Shown in pieces: positions 48,400 to 61,500 of a DNA stretch of 64,000 bases. Both the position numbers and the translations under genes were made by a program. The first letter of the stretch is position 1, and every line of letters begins with the position of its first letter. The notes beneath the pieces are model-generated. The model was given only the letters and a program-made list of their open reading frames with translations. It was not told the DNA's origin and did not search any database. The stretch comes from Azolla caroliniana (Eukaryota > Plantae > Polypodiophyta): NCBI GenBank assembly GCA_043228905.1, contig JBHGNT010000001.1, forward strand, positions 8,370,001 through 8,434,000, written 5' to 3'.

Positions 48400-51300
48400 T
48401 CAGCATGAACAATTTATTAATCTACAATGAATCCAATTCCTTGCTAGAGTTTGGACTTAAAACCTTTCCTTACCATTTAAAAATTCAGCCCATTGCTTTT
48501 GTAATGGCAAAATAATCAAACAATTCCGTAAGTGAGTATTGAGTGGATTTTTTCGCAAAACAAGCAATCAAAAACCTTACAGTGAAGCTCAATTAAGAAA
48601 TTTCCAAATTCATACCATGTTATGAACATCAAATGCAAGGAGGTATGTCAATATTTCACAATCCCTTGCTCATACAATCAAAAAGATAATGCTGAGCATT
48701 GCACCATCATTAAATCTCGAAGCATCAATCACAATGGGAGAATAAAATGAATTCAATAATGGTACTGTGTCAACTGTAAACTCTTACAAATCCTTACATC
48801 AATAGAATTTATATATTTTAGAAATGATTGAGCATTCTCAAGTTATTGATGGTCTAACACAATCATTTGTAGGTAAAAGGCATTCACATGGGATTATGTG
48901 TCTAGAAGTTATGGTAGAGCAGTCACATTTGTATAGAGAGCAAGGTCAGAGTAGAGTCCATGCAATACATAAAGTTGCATAGACATGCGGTATACTTGGA
49001 CACTAGTAAGTTAGAGAAGGAAGGCTTCATGTATAGTATATTACAAATTGCTGTTATGCTTATTTCGAGGTTAATGATAATTGCAAATGATGTTATAAGG
49101 TTTGTCAACATGTAAGATTGGAGAGATTTCCAATTAGCTAGATTGAACACGCTAATAATGGGATGGGGGGTCCAAGATGCTTGATGGTAGTTACATAATA
49201 CTATCATTTTTTCTCTCTATTTGTCCAAATTATATGGATCAAATTTGATGAGAATGGAGAAAACAATTTTTCCTTGTGGATATCTTTGGATACAACACTT
49301 TCTAGACTTACATAGAGATTGCAATCTATTGGTGGAATTATACAATTGTAGGAATATGTGTTTGGAATAGCAATGGGAGGACTTCGTTGATGCGAACATG
49401 AAACAATATGTATCACCCCCTCTATTTGGTCTACATTGAAATATCTCAAATGATTTAGAACAAGTTGTGTCAACATTGGACTACTCATTGGTTTACTAAT
49501 ATTGTTGATTTCATCTTCTTGAGAAGTGCTCTAAATATCTATGTTCTACTTGAATTTGAATATCAAGAAACCTCCTTTCAATCTTGGTCAGACAAAGATT
49601 TTAAAGTAACTCGAGTCTCAAGCATAAACGACAAGTGAGGCATTGGGGTCTCAAGGTATCAAAACACCAATAGGCAGAGACACCACTAAATGTACCATCA
49701 CGCTAGTCTATGGTAGGTATATGCATGGGATAGGTGATCATAAGTGATGGGGCTAGAGGTTAACGTGTAGAGTATGGGATAAGCTTTGGGCAAGCCTTAT
49801 GCTTTGTGCTATATGAACCATCTATGTGACCTAAGCCACATGTTAGTTGGTTATTAGTTTGGTGGGGTAGCTTGTGGCTAGAACCATGAGTTTGTAAACT
49901 AGAGTACGTAACGGCACAAGAGTGTCTAGGATTTGTATTCACCCAATTCTAGACAAGATTTAAGTTAGAAAAAATAGTGAGATTATGATATATATAATTC
50001 AATTAGACACCGAAAAATGTTGGATTAGTGAGTGGTTCGAGCTAGGCACAAAGATTTCCTGTTATAAGTTTTTGATATAATGGATTGTTTGCACTATTTT
50101 GGAGTTTTGACAAACTATTAATAAGAGGTTATATGAGATCAGAAGTACTAAAGCATTTTCCATCACTCGAGTGCCAATTCTCTTTGTCGCATTGGCTTTC
50201 CCTTTTCATTCTTTGTTGTTCTTGATATTGTCATGAATAAAACTTATCTCATAGCATTTTGGAGTGCTTGTCATCAAGAGCTTGTGTGGAAGTGGTTCCA
50301 TCATTCATGTCGTTTTTTTTCTTGCCTTCCACATTTTTTAAACCTCTATCTCAATGTTAGAAGCCCAATAGGTTTCTTAGTTCATCTTTGTTAACAACTT
50401 CATTGACCCACCACATTCGTCTTCCATTGACTTCTTTTGGTTATATTGATATCATGGAGGAGGAATGGTATGTGGAAAGACACATTTTTACAATGGGTGA
50501 CAGTTGACCAAATATGTGCAAAGACATGCACCCTAGTGATAATTGTGTTCTCATTATAAAGTATGTATTGAAGATACAAGCATTTAACTAACATAAAATA
50601 TCCACATGCATATATTTTTGTCCTTAATTGGTACTATGATGGAGTAATTTTTTGTATTTATAGGTGATGAGACTGTTAAAGAACGATGTTGGTGAATGAC
50701 ACATTGATAAACATGAGTAATATCAAAGGCATATTATCAAATATTTCATCTTAGTTCAAAGAAAAAGTTCATGAGAATTATCATATTGATTTTTTTTAAC
50801 CTAATGAAAGTCGTATAAGAAGCATCACTCATATATTATTAAGGATTTACAGATTTCCTGTTTTTTGTAGCTCCTTTTATAAGTCTGTGTCGACTCTTTT
50901 GTACCTTGTCAACTTGTGCAATCAGATTGGAATCATCATATCACAATATAGGATGATGTCACACTAATTGAATACTTCCTAGATACTCAAAGTATAGATA
51001 ATAAAAAAGTGGAATAAGTGCCTACACATGGAGCACATCACATGGATAAGCACTATCCATTCGATAGATATTTCCTTGCGTGACAAGTTTAAGGAAATTA
51101 TTTTTTTGTGTGTTTTTGGTGTGGCAACATTCAAATATTGTAAGAAAATGATGGCCATTTTGTTTATCTTCCTCCATTAAAATTGATACAAATTTTAGAA
51201 TATAAAAAGTCAAATTGTCTATAGCTAAATAATAAATACAATCTGAGATAACATTAAGGATACATTATCTCATGAAGCCTTGTCTACTCCTAGATTGTAT

Positions 51301-52500
51301 GAAGACTTTGTATGGGCCCAACACCAAGTTTAGAGCACTTGAATAATAAATTGACTCTATTATGCAGGTAGACACACCTCTACCCAAATTAGGATGGAGT
51401 CCATCAAGAATGGAATGAGTCTATGCAAGCGAGAGCATCTACTTAGAGTAAGATCAAATACCCAAAGAAGAAGTCTATTTATTTAAATTAAAGAAATTAA
51501 CAAAACAACTAGTTGTGTATCATACCTAAAGGAATTAACTAGACCAAGAAGTGTGATTCTTGGGCTCTTTATCCAAATCATGCATCTTACTCATGGAGAA
51601 TTATTAGCCATCCTTGAGTGTGGCACACCATAACTAATTATATTGATTCTTAATCTTGTATCCAATATCACAAGGAGTATTATTCAAACCACTCTAACTA
51701 GAAGTGTAAAGGTAGTATGATCAACATCAAATGGTGTAGGATCTATCTACCCTAGTGGCTAGGACCCTTGTTAAGAACATCATGGGTTTGTGTTATCAAG
51801 ATTAAACTCTATTCTCCATATCATGTAGGTCACATTCACTCTTGTGATCACTTCATGGCAAGGTTTGGCGTTCAACCTCAAAACCTCTTTCGTCATAAGG
51901 TTGACTTGTTTCGTTAAGTGTTAATCAAACTTTTGAGTTCTAGATCCATGTGTCCAACCATATTGAAATTTTAGATTAATAGTAAGTAATTGCTATAGGA
52001 GGGCCACAATGACCTTGCCTTCGGATTGTTGTAAATTGATTGAAGTAACATTTCAATGAGTGCTAATACTCTAATGAGTACACAGATTCTGAAGAGTGTT
52101 CAAATTTACCAAATTAAGATTTTGAAGATTCTAAAATTTGGACAAAGCCTATCTAGGCTCCTGTTTGGTAGAGATTAACACTTAAATGACAAAGTGAATG
52201 TACATAATCCAATAAGTTCTCTCTTCGACCAACACATAATGATTCAAACTTGACTCCTACGATGCCTCAAGTCCAATAAAGCCTTTTGATCCTTACCTTT
52301 GACAAGTATTGGAAGTCTTCCATATTGCAGAAGTGTCTTTTCCTTACTTTAAAGAGCAATAACTTCAATGAATTTGTACAATTGGATTATATTGTGTAAC
52401 ATTTCAACGAGTGCTCATATTTGTTGAGGTGACATTTCAATGAGTATATAGAGACTCCAACAAGTACTTAGATTTGTTGAAGAAAGATATTGCCACATTT
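48400..52500. mobile_element. Very old AT-rich TE (probably LINE) remnants
   Basis: No intact ORFs; CpG-depleted; only scattered RT-like peptide fragments. The family cannot be resolved by eye. Confidence 0.3.
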
Positions 52501-52633
52501 GAAAACTTCAATGAACCCTACCTAGACACATGTTTATATGAGACTACAACTTAAATGAGAGCTTTAGTCTATACAATTGTATGTAGTGTCGTTTAATTTA
52601 CTTACCGAAAGCTACATTTTACTTGAGCATTCT

Positions 52634-53048
52634 TGTTGAGAGACAAGTTCAACATGGGCCAAATCGGTTGAAGAAGCCAAGAGCCCGATCGGCTAGGCCC
52701 GAATTGGCTTAATAAGCCGAAAGCCGAATCGGTTGGTAAACCGAATCGATTGGTCGTTGTCTATATTCCTATTTTAGTAGTAGGAATATTATAGGTTGTT
52801 AGTGTCAGGCTCATTCATTAGCATTAAAGTACTGATAGCTCATTGAGCACATTGTATGTATAGAGTGTTCATTATTTTGAATCTAAGTTTATTGTCTCCT
52901 CTCTTTGTGTCTCTGTGTCTCTCACCATTCTATGTGTTTACCTAACTGTCGAGTTTCCGAATAACCAACTGTGTACTCGCTGTCTCTCGCTTACGCTCCA
53001 CACACATATTCTTTTACCAGACTCAAGCCTAAGCCGAACCGAGCTACA
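52634..53048 (+). mobile_element. Putative solo LTR (copia-like)
   Basis: Starts TGTTGAGA like the 10200 LTR; contains GCCGA/TCGG repeats and a CT-rich tract; ends ...CTACA. No clear TSD found. Confidence 0.4.
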
Positions 53049-53084
53049 ATCATCACCAATCTACAATATCCTATGTCTTGCAAC

Positions 53085-54790
53085 ACAATAACTAATGTGT
53101 TATGCTTCATGTTGTATTCAATGCTTGCATGCAAGGTTTGATTACTAATGTGTTATGCTTCATGCAAGATTTGATTACTACTGCTTGCAATCATGAATTC
53201 AAATGATCTTGGTGCCTTGAATTAAGACACACAACAAAGGTGATTTCTCCTAACATGAATACTATCTTTCAAGGATTCCGCATAGTGAATTACAAATTCA
53301 TTCGATTTGGCATGGTTTACACATATGTTGCTTGCAACCATTATTTGCCATAAAAATTTTGCTTGTAACCCTTTACATTTGAAAGAATTGATCATTGACT
53401 GCTATTGGTAATATTGGTGTGTTGATTTCATCATTTGTCTTTGCTTCACATCTATATGTAGTATAGTAGGGTTTCTTCTGAGAGTCACGGTATGTGGCAT
53501 GCTCAACATACAATGAAAAAATGTTAAGACTTTGAAATGCCATACTAACAATATCCTCTTATTTATCGATGGCATACATTTTTGCATTAGCTAAAAAAAT
53601 GAATATTTTTATTCTCATCTATATAACACAATGTCCTTTCTATAGCAAGTATATATAGTTTTTAAGGCAATGATTATATGCATGTGATGTGGCCAAATGC
53701 TTCCTTTGTCATCAAACCAAGATGTTGTTTATGTTGAAATCTTTGTGTGGCCTATTATTCAGAAATTTCAGAATTGATGTTGATTCTCGAGGCTTTTGTT
53801 GCTCACAAATAAGAAATTTCAGAATTGTGCTTGCATATATATAGTTTTAAAGACACTGATTATATGCATGTGACGTGGCCAAATGTTTCCTTTGTTGTCA
53901 AACCAATATGTCGTTTATGTTGTTGAAAGCTTTGTCGTTTATGTTGTTGTATGTAACAGAACCATGGATTGAGTTTGAGGATTAGTAATTAATTTCAATT
54001 GTTTTTTAGGATTAGTAACAGAACCATGGATTGAGTTTGACGAATTGCTTGTGGGCGATCAATACACATCTATAAATACATTCATGTTGATAGTATATAT
54101 GAGAGAGAAGGGAATAGAAAATATTTTCCATCATCCACCAGAAGGTGTATTTTAACGTATGGCCCATGCCAGGCCCATATGAACATATCATCTTGTACTC
54201 ATTCCCAGAAAGGGGATTATACTATCCTCAATGATCACATACTTCATAAAATGACCTATAAGCCCCAATGAATATTCAAGTCCCTATAGAACCACCTTGA
54301 GATGAGTGTGAGGAAACGTACCACCATCTACCCTTTTGTTGGTGAGACAGGTGAGAGTGAGTGTCAACCACTCTCAAGCTACTAAGTCGTAGGCTAACTA
54401 CTAAAGCAAATCACTTACACAAAATTAATTAAATCCTTAACTCATGTAATAATTTACCAGAATTTGAGCACTCAATAGAAGAGAGACAAGGAGAGAAATC
54501 ACCAACACAACTTCTCTTCCACTTATTGCAATTATTAGGCAATAAGTGGAAGTGTTAACCCATGTGTTAATGATTACAGTTATTAGGCAATACTTGTTTC
54601 TTTGTTCCTGACCAATGTCCTTAACCCATGTAATAATTTACTAGAACCTGAGCACTCAATAGAAGAGAAACAAGAGGAGAAGTCACCAACACAACTTATC
54701 TTCCACTAGTCTGCGTGTAAGATAATTGCAAGTGTTAATGATTACAATTATTAGGTTATACTTGTTTCTTTGTTCCTAACCAATGTCCAA
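53085..54790. repeat. Cluster of short local tandem duplications
   Basis: Pairs at ~53090/53143, ~53651/53836, ~53954/54016 and ~54444/54628. Confidence 0.75.
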
Positions 54791-55499
54791 GTGTTCGAGA
54801 ATCATTCATGAAAGAGACTATGTCATCTTTAATTGCCTTGAAAAAAGCCAGAGATTGACATAAATTTATTCTTCATTATGCCTTCACATGTAGGAGTACA
54901 TATGGTCACCCAAACATAACCCAAACTGAAAACGTAGAAAAATAGGGGCAAGGGAAACAAACCAAGGCAAGGCATAAATGTAAACAACAAAAGTAAAGAT
55001 CCAACAAATCTTGAATAAGCAAACGTCAATACTCTAGGGATATATGAGAGGAACAACCTTATGATAACAAGGATCATGGATTAGCAACTTACGTAGCACT
55101 ATACCTTTTTTTGAAGATTGAGCTTGGTATTAACTAAAAGAGGCCTAAAGGCTACATGAAAACACAACCACCATACCCACATCAACCAACGTGTTGAATA
55201 AAAAATCCCTCATGCAACTACTTTAGAAATTGCATTTACACATCTAAAATTGGAATCCTTCGAAAAAGCCACTTTGGCGGAGCATATCTCCACTTTATTC
55301 TCTCCCCAAAAGAGGTAAAGATCTCTCTCTTTGCCTACATTTCTCTAAAATGTTATTGCTTACTAAACACAACATCAAGATCACCGGTTATTGTTTCATA
55401 TTGACCTCTTAGAGTATGCAAAAGCATCAACCATATCTCCTTGACTAACTCAACCGCATTTTGTTTGAATTTTTGAAATACACATTTACATCTTGTCTT

Positions 55500-57838
55500 C
55501 CACTATACCCAATTTACTAAAGAAGATATTGTAGCACTAAACTTGAACCCCTATGTCGAAATTAAGAACATCCAAGAGTATGTCAAACCCGTGAGAAAAG
55601 TGAGAATAAGGCTGACAACTTTAGTAGCCTTATATGGGACATGTGCAAAAAATGGGACTCTATAAAAGATAAAGTTAATCCACCCCAAAAACCCAGTGTA
55701 CGAGATGGAACCGAAGGTCTATCTGAAAGAACACCACACTAACACAAACATATATGGGAAAAAATGTAGAAAGAAAAATCTGTGGTGTTGTGCGACAATA
55801 TTTGATGGTTAAGGTCACATCACCACTAACTTGTAGGGTTCTTGGATCATAAAGCCAAAAGCTTTGCCACATCTTGGCTAAGTCAAATGAGCACACATTT
55901 AAGTAGTGTAGTGTGGTAACTTGTCTGCGTTGGCTGGTGAATGGAAAGTTAGCCCTTCACACGGATGGCTTCTTTTGACTGCTTTTCCCACAACCAAATA
56001 GAGTAATACCAAAGCCATGTTAAGATGTACTACGAAGAGTAAAAGGAGAGGCATGTGTTTGGGTACAATTAACTTGTAATTACAATTACACATGACTATG
56101 AGGTTTTGGAATAATCGACACAAGTCTATTCATTGGGACCTATACCATTTGAATCCAATAACATTAGTTTCACACTTCTTATCAAGGTAAACAAGGTCGT
56201 CGTGTGTCGTCGTGTTTGGCATATTGGATACATGAGTTGGATGTAGAATCATTAATTATGAATGCTAGAAAAAATGGGGAAACCCAACAATATTGCCTAC
56301 CCAGGCAAAATTGAGGATGGAAAATGGGCCTATAAAAATGCTCGAAGAGATGATAATTGATAAGGGTCAAAATCCAAAATGTAAGACAATGACATCATAA
56401 AAAATTCACAACCCCACTTAGGATTTAAAAGGGAAAATGTTCACTGAAGGAACTACGATGAATAAATGTGGACATGTGACACATCTCGTATGTGAATGTG
56501 AAGTCCTTAAGATCCTCATGAAAAATCAAGGGTGCTTTGAGGGTAATGTTACATTAAGCCACCCCACTTACACGAGGCCCATGTAAATTCATGACCAAGC
56601 TTTTCCATTTGTATAAGTAAGCCGTATTCCTTGATGAAAGATAAGAGATGTCATGGGTTTCAATTTGAGTTCTTGAAAGCATCAAATCGTGCATTTCACC
56701 ATGCAACCTCGCTAGTTTTTTAAGTACTAATGTGATACGAATGCAACCAATAGAGATGCTTTAGCAAAGAGTGTGTTCACAACATTGCACATTATTGGTT
56801 TAGCAAAGAGCTATTTCCTCCACCACGCATCCAAGCATGGCCTAATATAGAGCACACATTTGGGACACCACAACACTCACATGCTCTAGAAAAAATCACT
56901 CGTGTATTCTAGCAAAGATTGTATGATCACCTCATCACACATAGGTGTGCTTTGGCAACGAGCATCGGTTTCTACAACAACACACATATCGTAGTAGAGA
57001 ACATTTGTGCACCCATCAATCATGATACCTCATCATCAAAAACCCTAATTCTATAGATAACGTAAGTTTAATTTCCTATTATTCAGATTCTCAATCACCA
57101 CACTAAGAGTTGATAAATATGCAAGCAAGTTGCATGCATAATCATCTCCATCAATGATTTGAATTGGCTACTCAGCCACTTCGATGCCATTCACTTCAAG
57201 ATTTGTGAGTACTAACACCAAGCAATGTTTTTGAAGAGATGAGATACCATATCACAATCATTACCACCGCAATAGATGATTTCCCAACAACATTCGTGAC
57301 TACATAGATCAAGGTGACATCGATAACAACAATATTGATGACATCAATGACAAATCACCCTCAACACCCATAAATTCCTCACCCTCCTAAACTGTCACCA
57401 CTAGCATAACTAAAGGGCGGGTCTACTATTGATGCCAAACCACATCACAAAAGCTCAGTAAACCTTATGAGCTCACTTCGACAACCTCCACCTTCACTAC
57501 ATCTATCAACATCTGAACCAATTAACTCACCTTTCGGCCCTGCAAAAAGGAACTAATCCCTCACAATTGCACACCCAATGTAGTAAGGATCAGGTTCATG
57601 ACTACATCTACTAACAAATATATCCAAATACTTAACTTTAACATCCAAACCATCATTTTCATCATCAAGCTACTATACAAGTTTCTTTAGAGGATGCCAT
57701 AAATTTGAGGTTCTCACTCCCACGCATAAGGTCATCCTTGCTTGGGACTCTCATTTAGTTTCATTTAGGGCCCCATGAGGTGACAACTACGCAATCTTTA
57801 GATATAGATTGCTAACCTATACTCATCCTAGTAATGAG
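55500..57838 (+). mobile_element. Probable decayed L1-type LINE ORF1 region
   Basis: Zinc-knuckle-like remnants (VCRRVWHIGY at ~56200; CGHVTHLVCEC at ~56470) followed by low-complexity A/C-rich sequence; truncated by the gypsy LTR at 57839. Confidence 0.35.
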
Positions 57839-58276
57839 TGTTACCGGCCCGGCCGGCAAAGGAGTCCAAAGTGTGAAACGGGGAGTTATTTAATTAGTAG
57901 GAATGGTTGTAGGAAAGCTATGAGTGTGGACGGACGGACCGGAATCGGTATGCCGTTCCGGATCCGGACCGATCCCGAACAGGTGCGGATGGCACCGTTT
58001 TGTAATACAGACCGGAAACCTATTTAAAGGCCCGGATACAATGTAATGAACAACGGTTAAGTAATAAAGCTTAGTGTTGTTATCTCTTTGTGTTAATTGC
58101 CGTTTTGCATTCATTGTTATATCTTACGCGTGTGAATATTAAGGACGATCTTGCTAAGTAACTTAATTAAGTCGGATTAATCGTTGAGTCTAATCCCGTT
58201 GCCGTAACACCCCTTTGGTGAAGTGTCTTCCGTAGACACCCTGTGTTAGGCCATTGTCCGGCCCTAAGAGTTAACA
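57839..58276 (+). repeat. 5' LTR
   Basis: TG...CA termini with inverted TGTTA/TAACA; TATA-like CCTATTTAAA at ~58019. An alternative end, CCGTAACA at 58209, cannot be excluded. Confidence 0.7.
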
Positions 58277-58283
58277 CAGTTTT

Positions 58284-58293
58284 TGGCGACCAC
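58284..58293 (+). promoter_or_regulatory. Primer-binding site, tRNA-Arg-like
   Basis: TGGCGACCAC is complementary to the ...GTGGTCG-CCA end of a plant tRNA-Arg (recalled); only 10 nt match. Confidence 0.55.
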
Positions 58294-58560
58294 GATTCCT
58301 GCTTTTGCAGCGAACGACGACACAGATGGATGACTAGATCAACACACGACCTGGTTACAGATCGAACTCGACGCCTTGCCGAAAGGCAAAGGAGACGTGA
58401 GGCTTTCCAGCAAGCGGCGCAGGAAATTAGAGCGGATCGCTCGTTTTCCAACGTAATCCGGAGAGTAGCGGAGGACTCCCTCTAGTTACAGCAAACATCG
58501 CACCCGGACGACGGCAGCAGCCTAAGCAGCCTCCGGGAAACCGAATCCCTTCTCCAAGCG

Positions 58561-61500
58561 TTGGCAAACGGAGAAGGCGAAGCAGAAGCTTTTTCAGCGT
58601 ATGAATCGGATTCCGAAGGGGAATACAACGTGCACACGAACTACCGGAGTAGCAACGAAACCCCGGGCGGACCGGAGGACGAAGGATCAGACACCTTACC
58701 AACACCGAAACCGGAATTGCTAAGGCTGGAACCTCCGGAACTAGCAGAGGAAGAGCGACCTCCGACACCGGAAGTTAAGGAGGAGAGGCCTCCGTCACCA
58801 AAAGAAGAGGAAAGCTCACCGACGCCGGAGAAAAACCACGAACGACCACCAACACCGCCAGCCCGCGCACCGATACCGGACGACGACATGCCGTTCCAGT
58901 ACTCCAAGTATAGAGATGATCCAGACACGGAAGCTCATGTTCACGCCTTTGAACAGACATGGGAAGCAAACCATGTGTCCTAGCGATTGACCCCGGAAGA
59001 AGAGGAACGCTCTAAGATAGCAGAATTTGGTGTCACATTGGAGGGACCGGCAGCGAGATGGCGCCGGACGCAGGACCCGTCTACCATCACCACCTTCGCA
59101 AATTTAAAAGCTAAATTCTTGCATTTTTTCCAAAAGGAGGTGGACCAGACCGTAATAGTGGGCTTATTTTATACCATCCGACAGGAGGCAGGGGAGAGCA
59201 TTCCCCAGTTTGTCATTCGGTTTCAACGGATGCATAGTCAGCTTGCCCGCGCACCCCCGGAGGAGGAATTACGGACTATATTTCTGAATGCGCTTCGGGA
59301 ACCCCTACGCACGGTGTGCACGGTAATTGACTTCCGCACAAGTACCATCGACCAGGTCATTGACCGGGTGAGAGAGATGGAAAAGACAAGCTCCTGGCTC
59401 ACACTGGGAGCACTCCAATGGGCGTTACCGTCCGATGAAGACCTCTGGTTTCGGCAAGCAATACAGTGCACAACCTGCTTGAATTCCGAACACTCGGCAC
59501 TAGAATGCACTATGAGGACGCAATGTGTAATTTGTCAATCCAAGGGCCATACGACGGATAGGTGCGAGTATAATCTATTGAACCTGCAAGCACCGCCCGT
59601 CCGACAAATAGAGCCACGCAATAGCCGGGATGAAGAAGAGGAACGCTGGCGGCGAATGGACTGCGATCGACCGGCACAAGATGTCCGGTATGGCGATTGA
59701 TAGGAGAATGATGTCCGGTACGGTGATCGGCGAGATAAGTATGACCGGCATGATAGATATGATCGGTACCGGGATTACAATAGACGATACGAACATTACG
59801 ACCAGGAGCACTCCCCTGGGTATCGTCAGCAACGGGAGGAATACGGTAGATATAACGAGCAACCTCGTCAAGAGTACCGCAATAAGAAGAACTATAACAA
59901 AAAACGACATTTCAAAAAAGGCGGCTACCCACGGGATCCGGAACAAGGAGCTTCAAGCAGTCAACCGGCCCAAAACCCCGCGTTTACCACAGGCCCGACC
60001 TCAGGTACAACAGACAATGCCGAATCCAGCAATACCCGGAAAGCCTACTGCTACTACTGTCGACAGGAAGGCCATTATAGTAATCAATGCCTGGTGAAGA
60101 GCTATGAAAAACGACCGGTAGTAAATATGGTAGTCCCTGAGGTGGCAGATCTACAGCAGGTGACCACAAGGTCGAAGGGCATGGCCAAGGAATGGGAGAC
60201 GCAGGAGACCATCCGGAAGCAAGCGACGGAATGGGTAAAGAAAGCAAACGAGCAGAATGTCACAGACTTACAACGGCAAAAGGAGAACATCGTAGGGCTT
60301 GCCGACGGCAGTCACTACGAGAACGAGATATGGCAGGCGTTGCAAGAATGCCAAATTACGCTGCCACTAGGAAGACTCCTACAACTCGTGCCAAGATTCA
60401 CGGAAGGACTGAAGACAGCCATGACGGCAGGAGAATCATCATCGACATCGGTACTCTTCTCGAATCCGGAGGAGGGACCAACGGTGGTGGACACCAACAG
60501 TCCGGTAATCACTGCCATTGTAAAAGGGAAAGAACTCCCCAGCACAGTTATAGACGCAGGCTCCAGGGTGAATGTAATAAGCCTCCGGATGTGTGATGCC
60601 CTGGGAATCCACGAGTGGGAGCCGTGTCCGTTCTGGTTACGAATGGCCGATACAAGCTCAGTACGGCCGACAAGATTAATACGGAAATTAGAAGTCACCG
60701 TGGGCGGTCATACATTTCACATCTCGGCAGTAGTGCTACAATTACAGGCACAAGGCGCATACCCGCTATTGCTGGGGCGGCCGTGGTTGAAAATGGCACA
60801 TATCAAACAGAATTGGAGGAAAAATATAATTACCTTCCGGCGAGGAAAAGCCAAGGTACGGGTACCAACACAGCCAAGAACGAGCACGGGCAAGGAATGT
60901 ACACCATTGTACGCAGAGTGCGTCAACATGCTACAAGGGTTAGCTGACGAAGAAGAAGCTTAGTACTTACAGGAAAACCCGAAGATCATACCCCTCTTCA
61001 AAATTGACATTGCCGAAGCAATCGCACCATACTTACCGCAGCCGGAAGAGGCTGAAGCAGAACCGGATAAAGACGCAATCCAGGAGTTACGGCAAGCGCA
61101 GGAAGCGTTGGAACGGGAAATGGCCGTTTCACAGCGCGTAAAAGCATCGCAACTTGAAGAGGTGAACCTAGGGACCACGGACGAAGCAAAACCGGTGCAC
61201 ATCGCTAAGGAGATGAAGACCGAAGACAAAACGACGATGATCACACTTCTCACGGAATTTCGCGACGTGTTCGCCTGGTCATACGAAGACATGCGAGGAC
61301 TCGACCCTCAGTTATACCAACATCAGGTTCACTTGAGCAAGGACGCAAAACCAGTGGCACAAAGACGGTACCGGATGAATCCCAATTATGCCGCCAAAGT
61401 CAAGGAGGAAATCGACAAACTGCTAAGAGTTGGCTTTATCCGTCCGGTAAAGAAAGCGACATGCCTGACCCCGATCGTAGTCGTACCGAAGAAGAACGGA

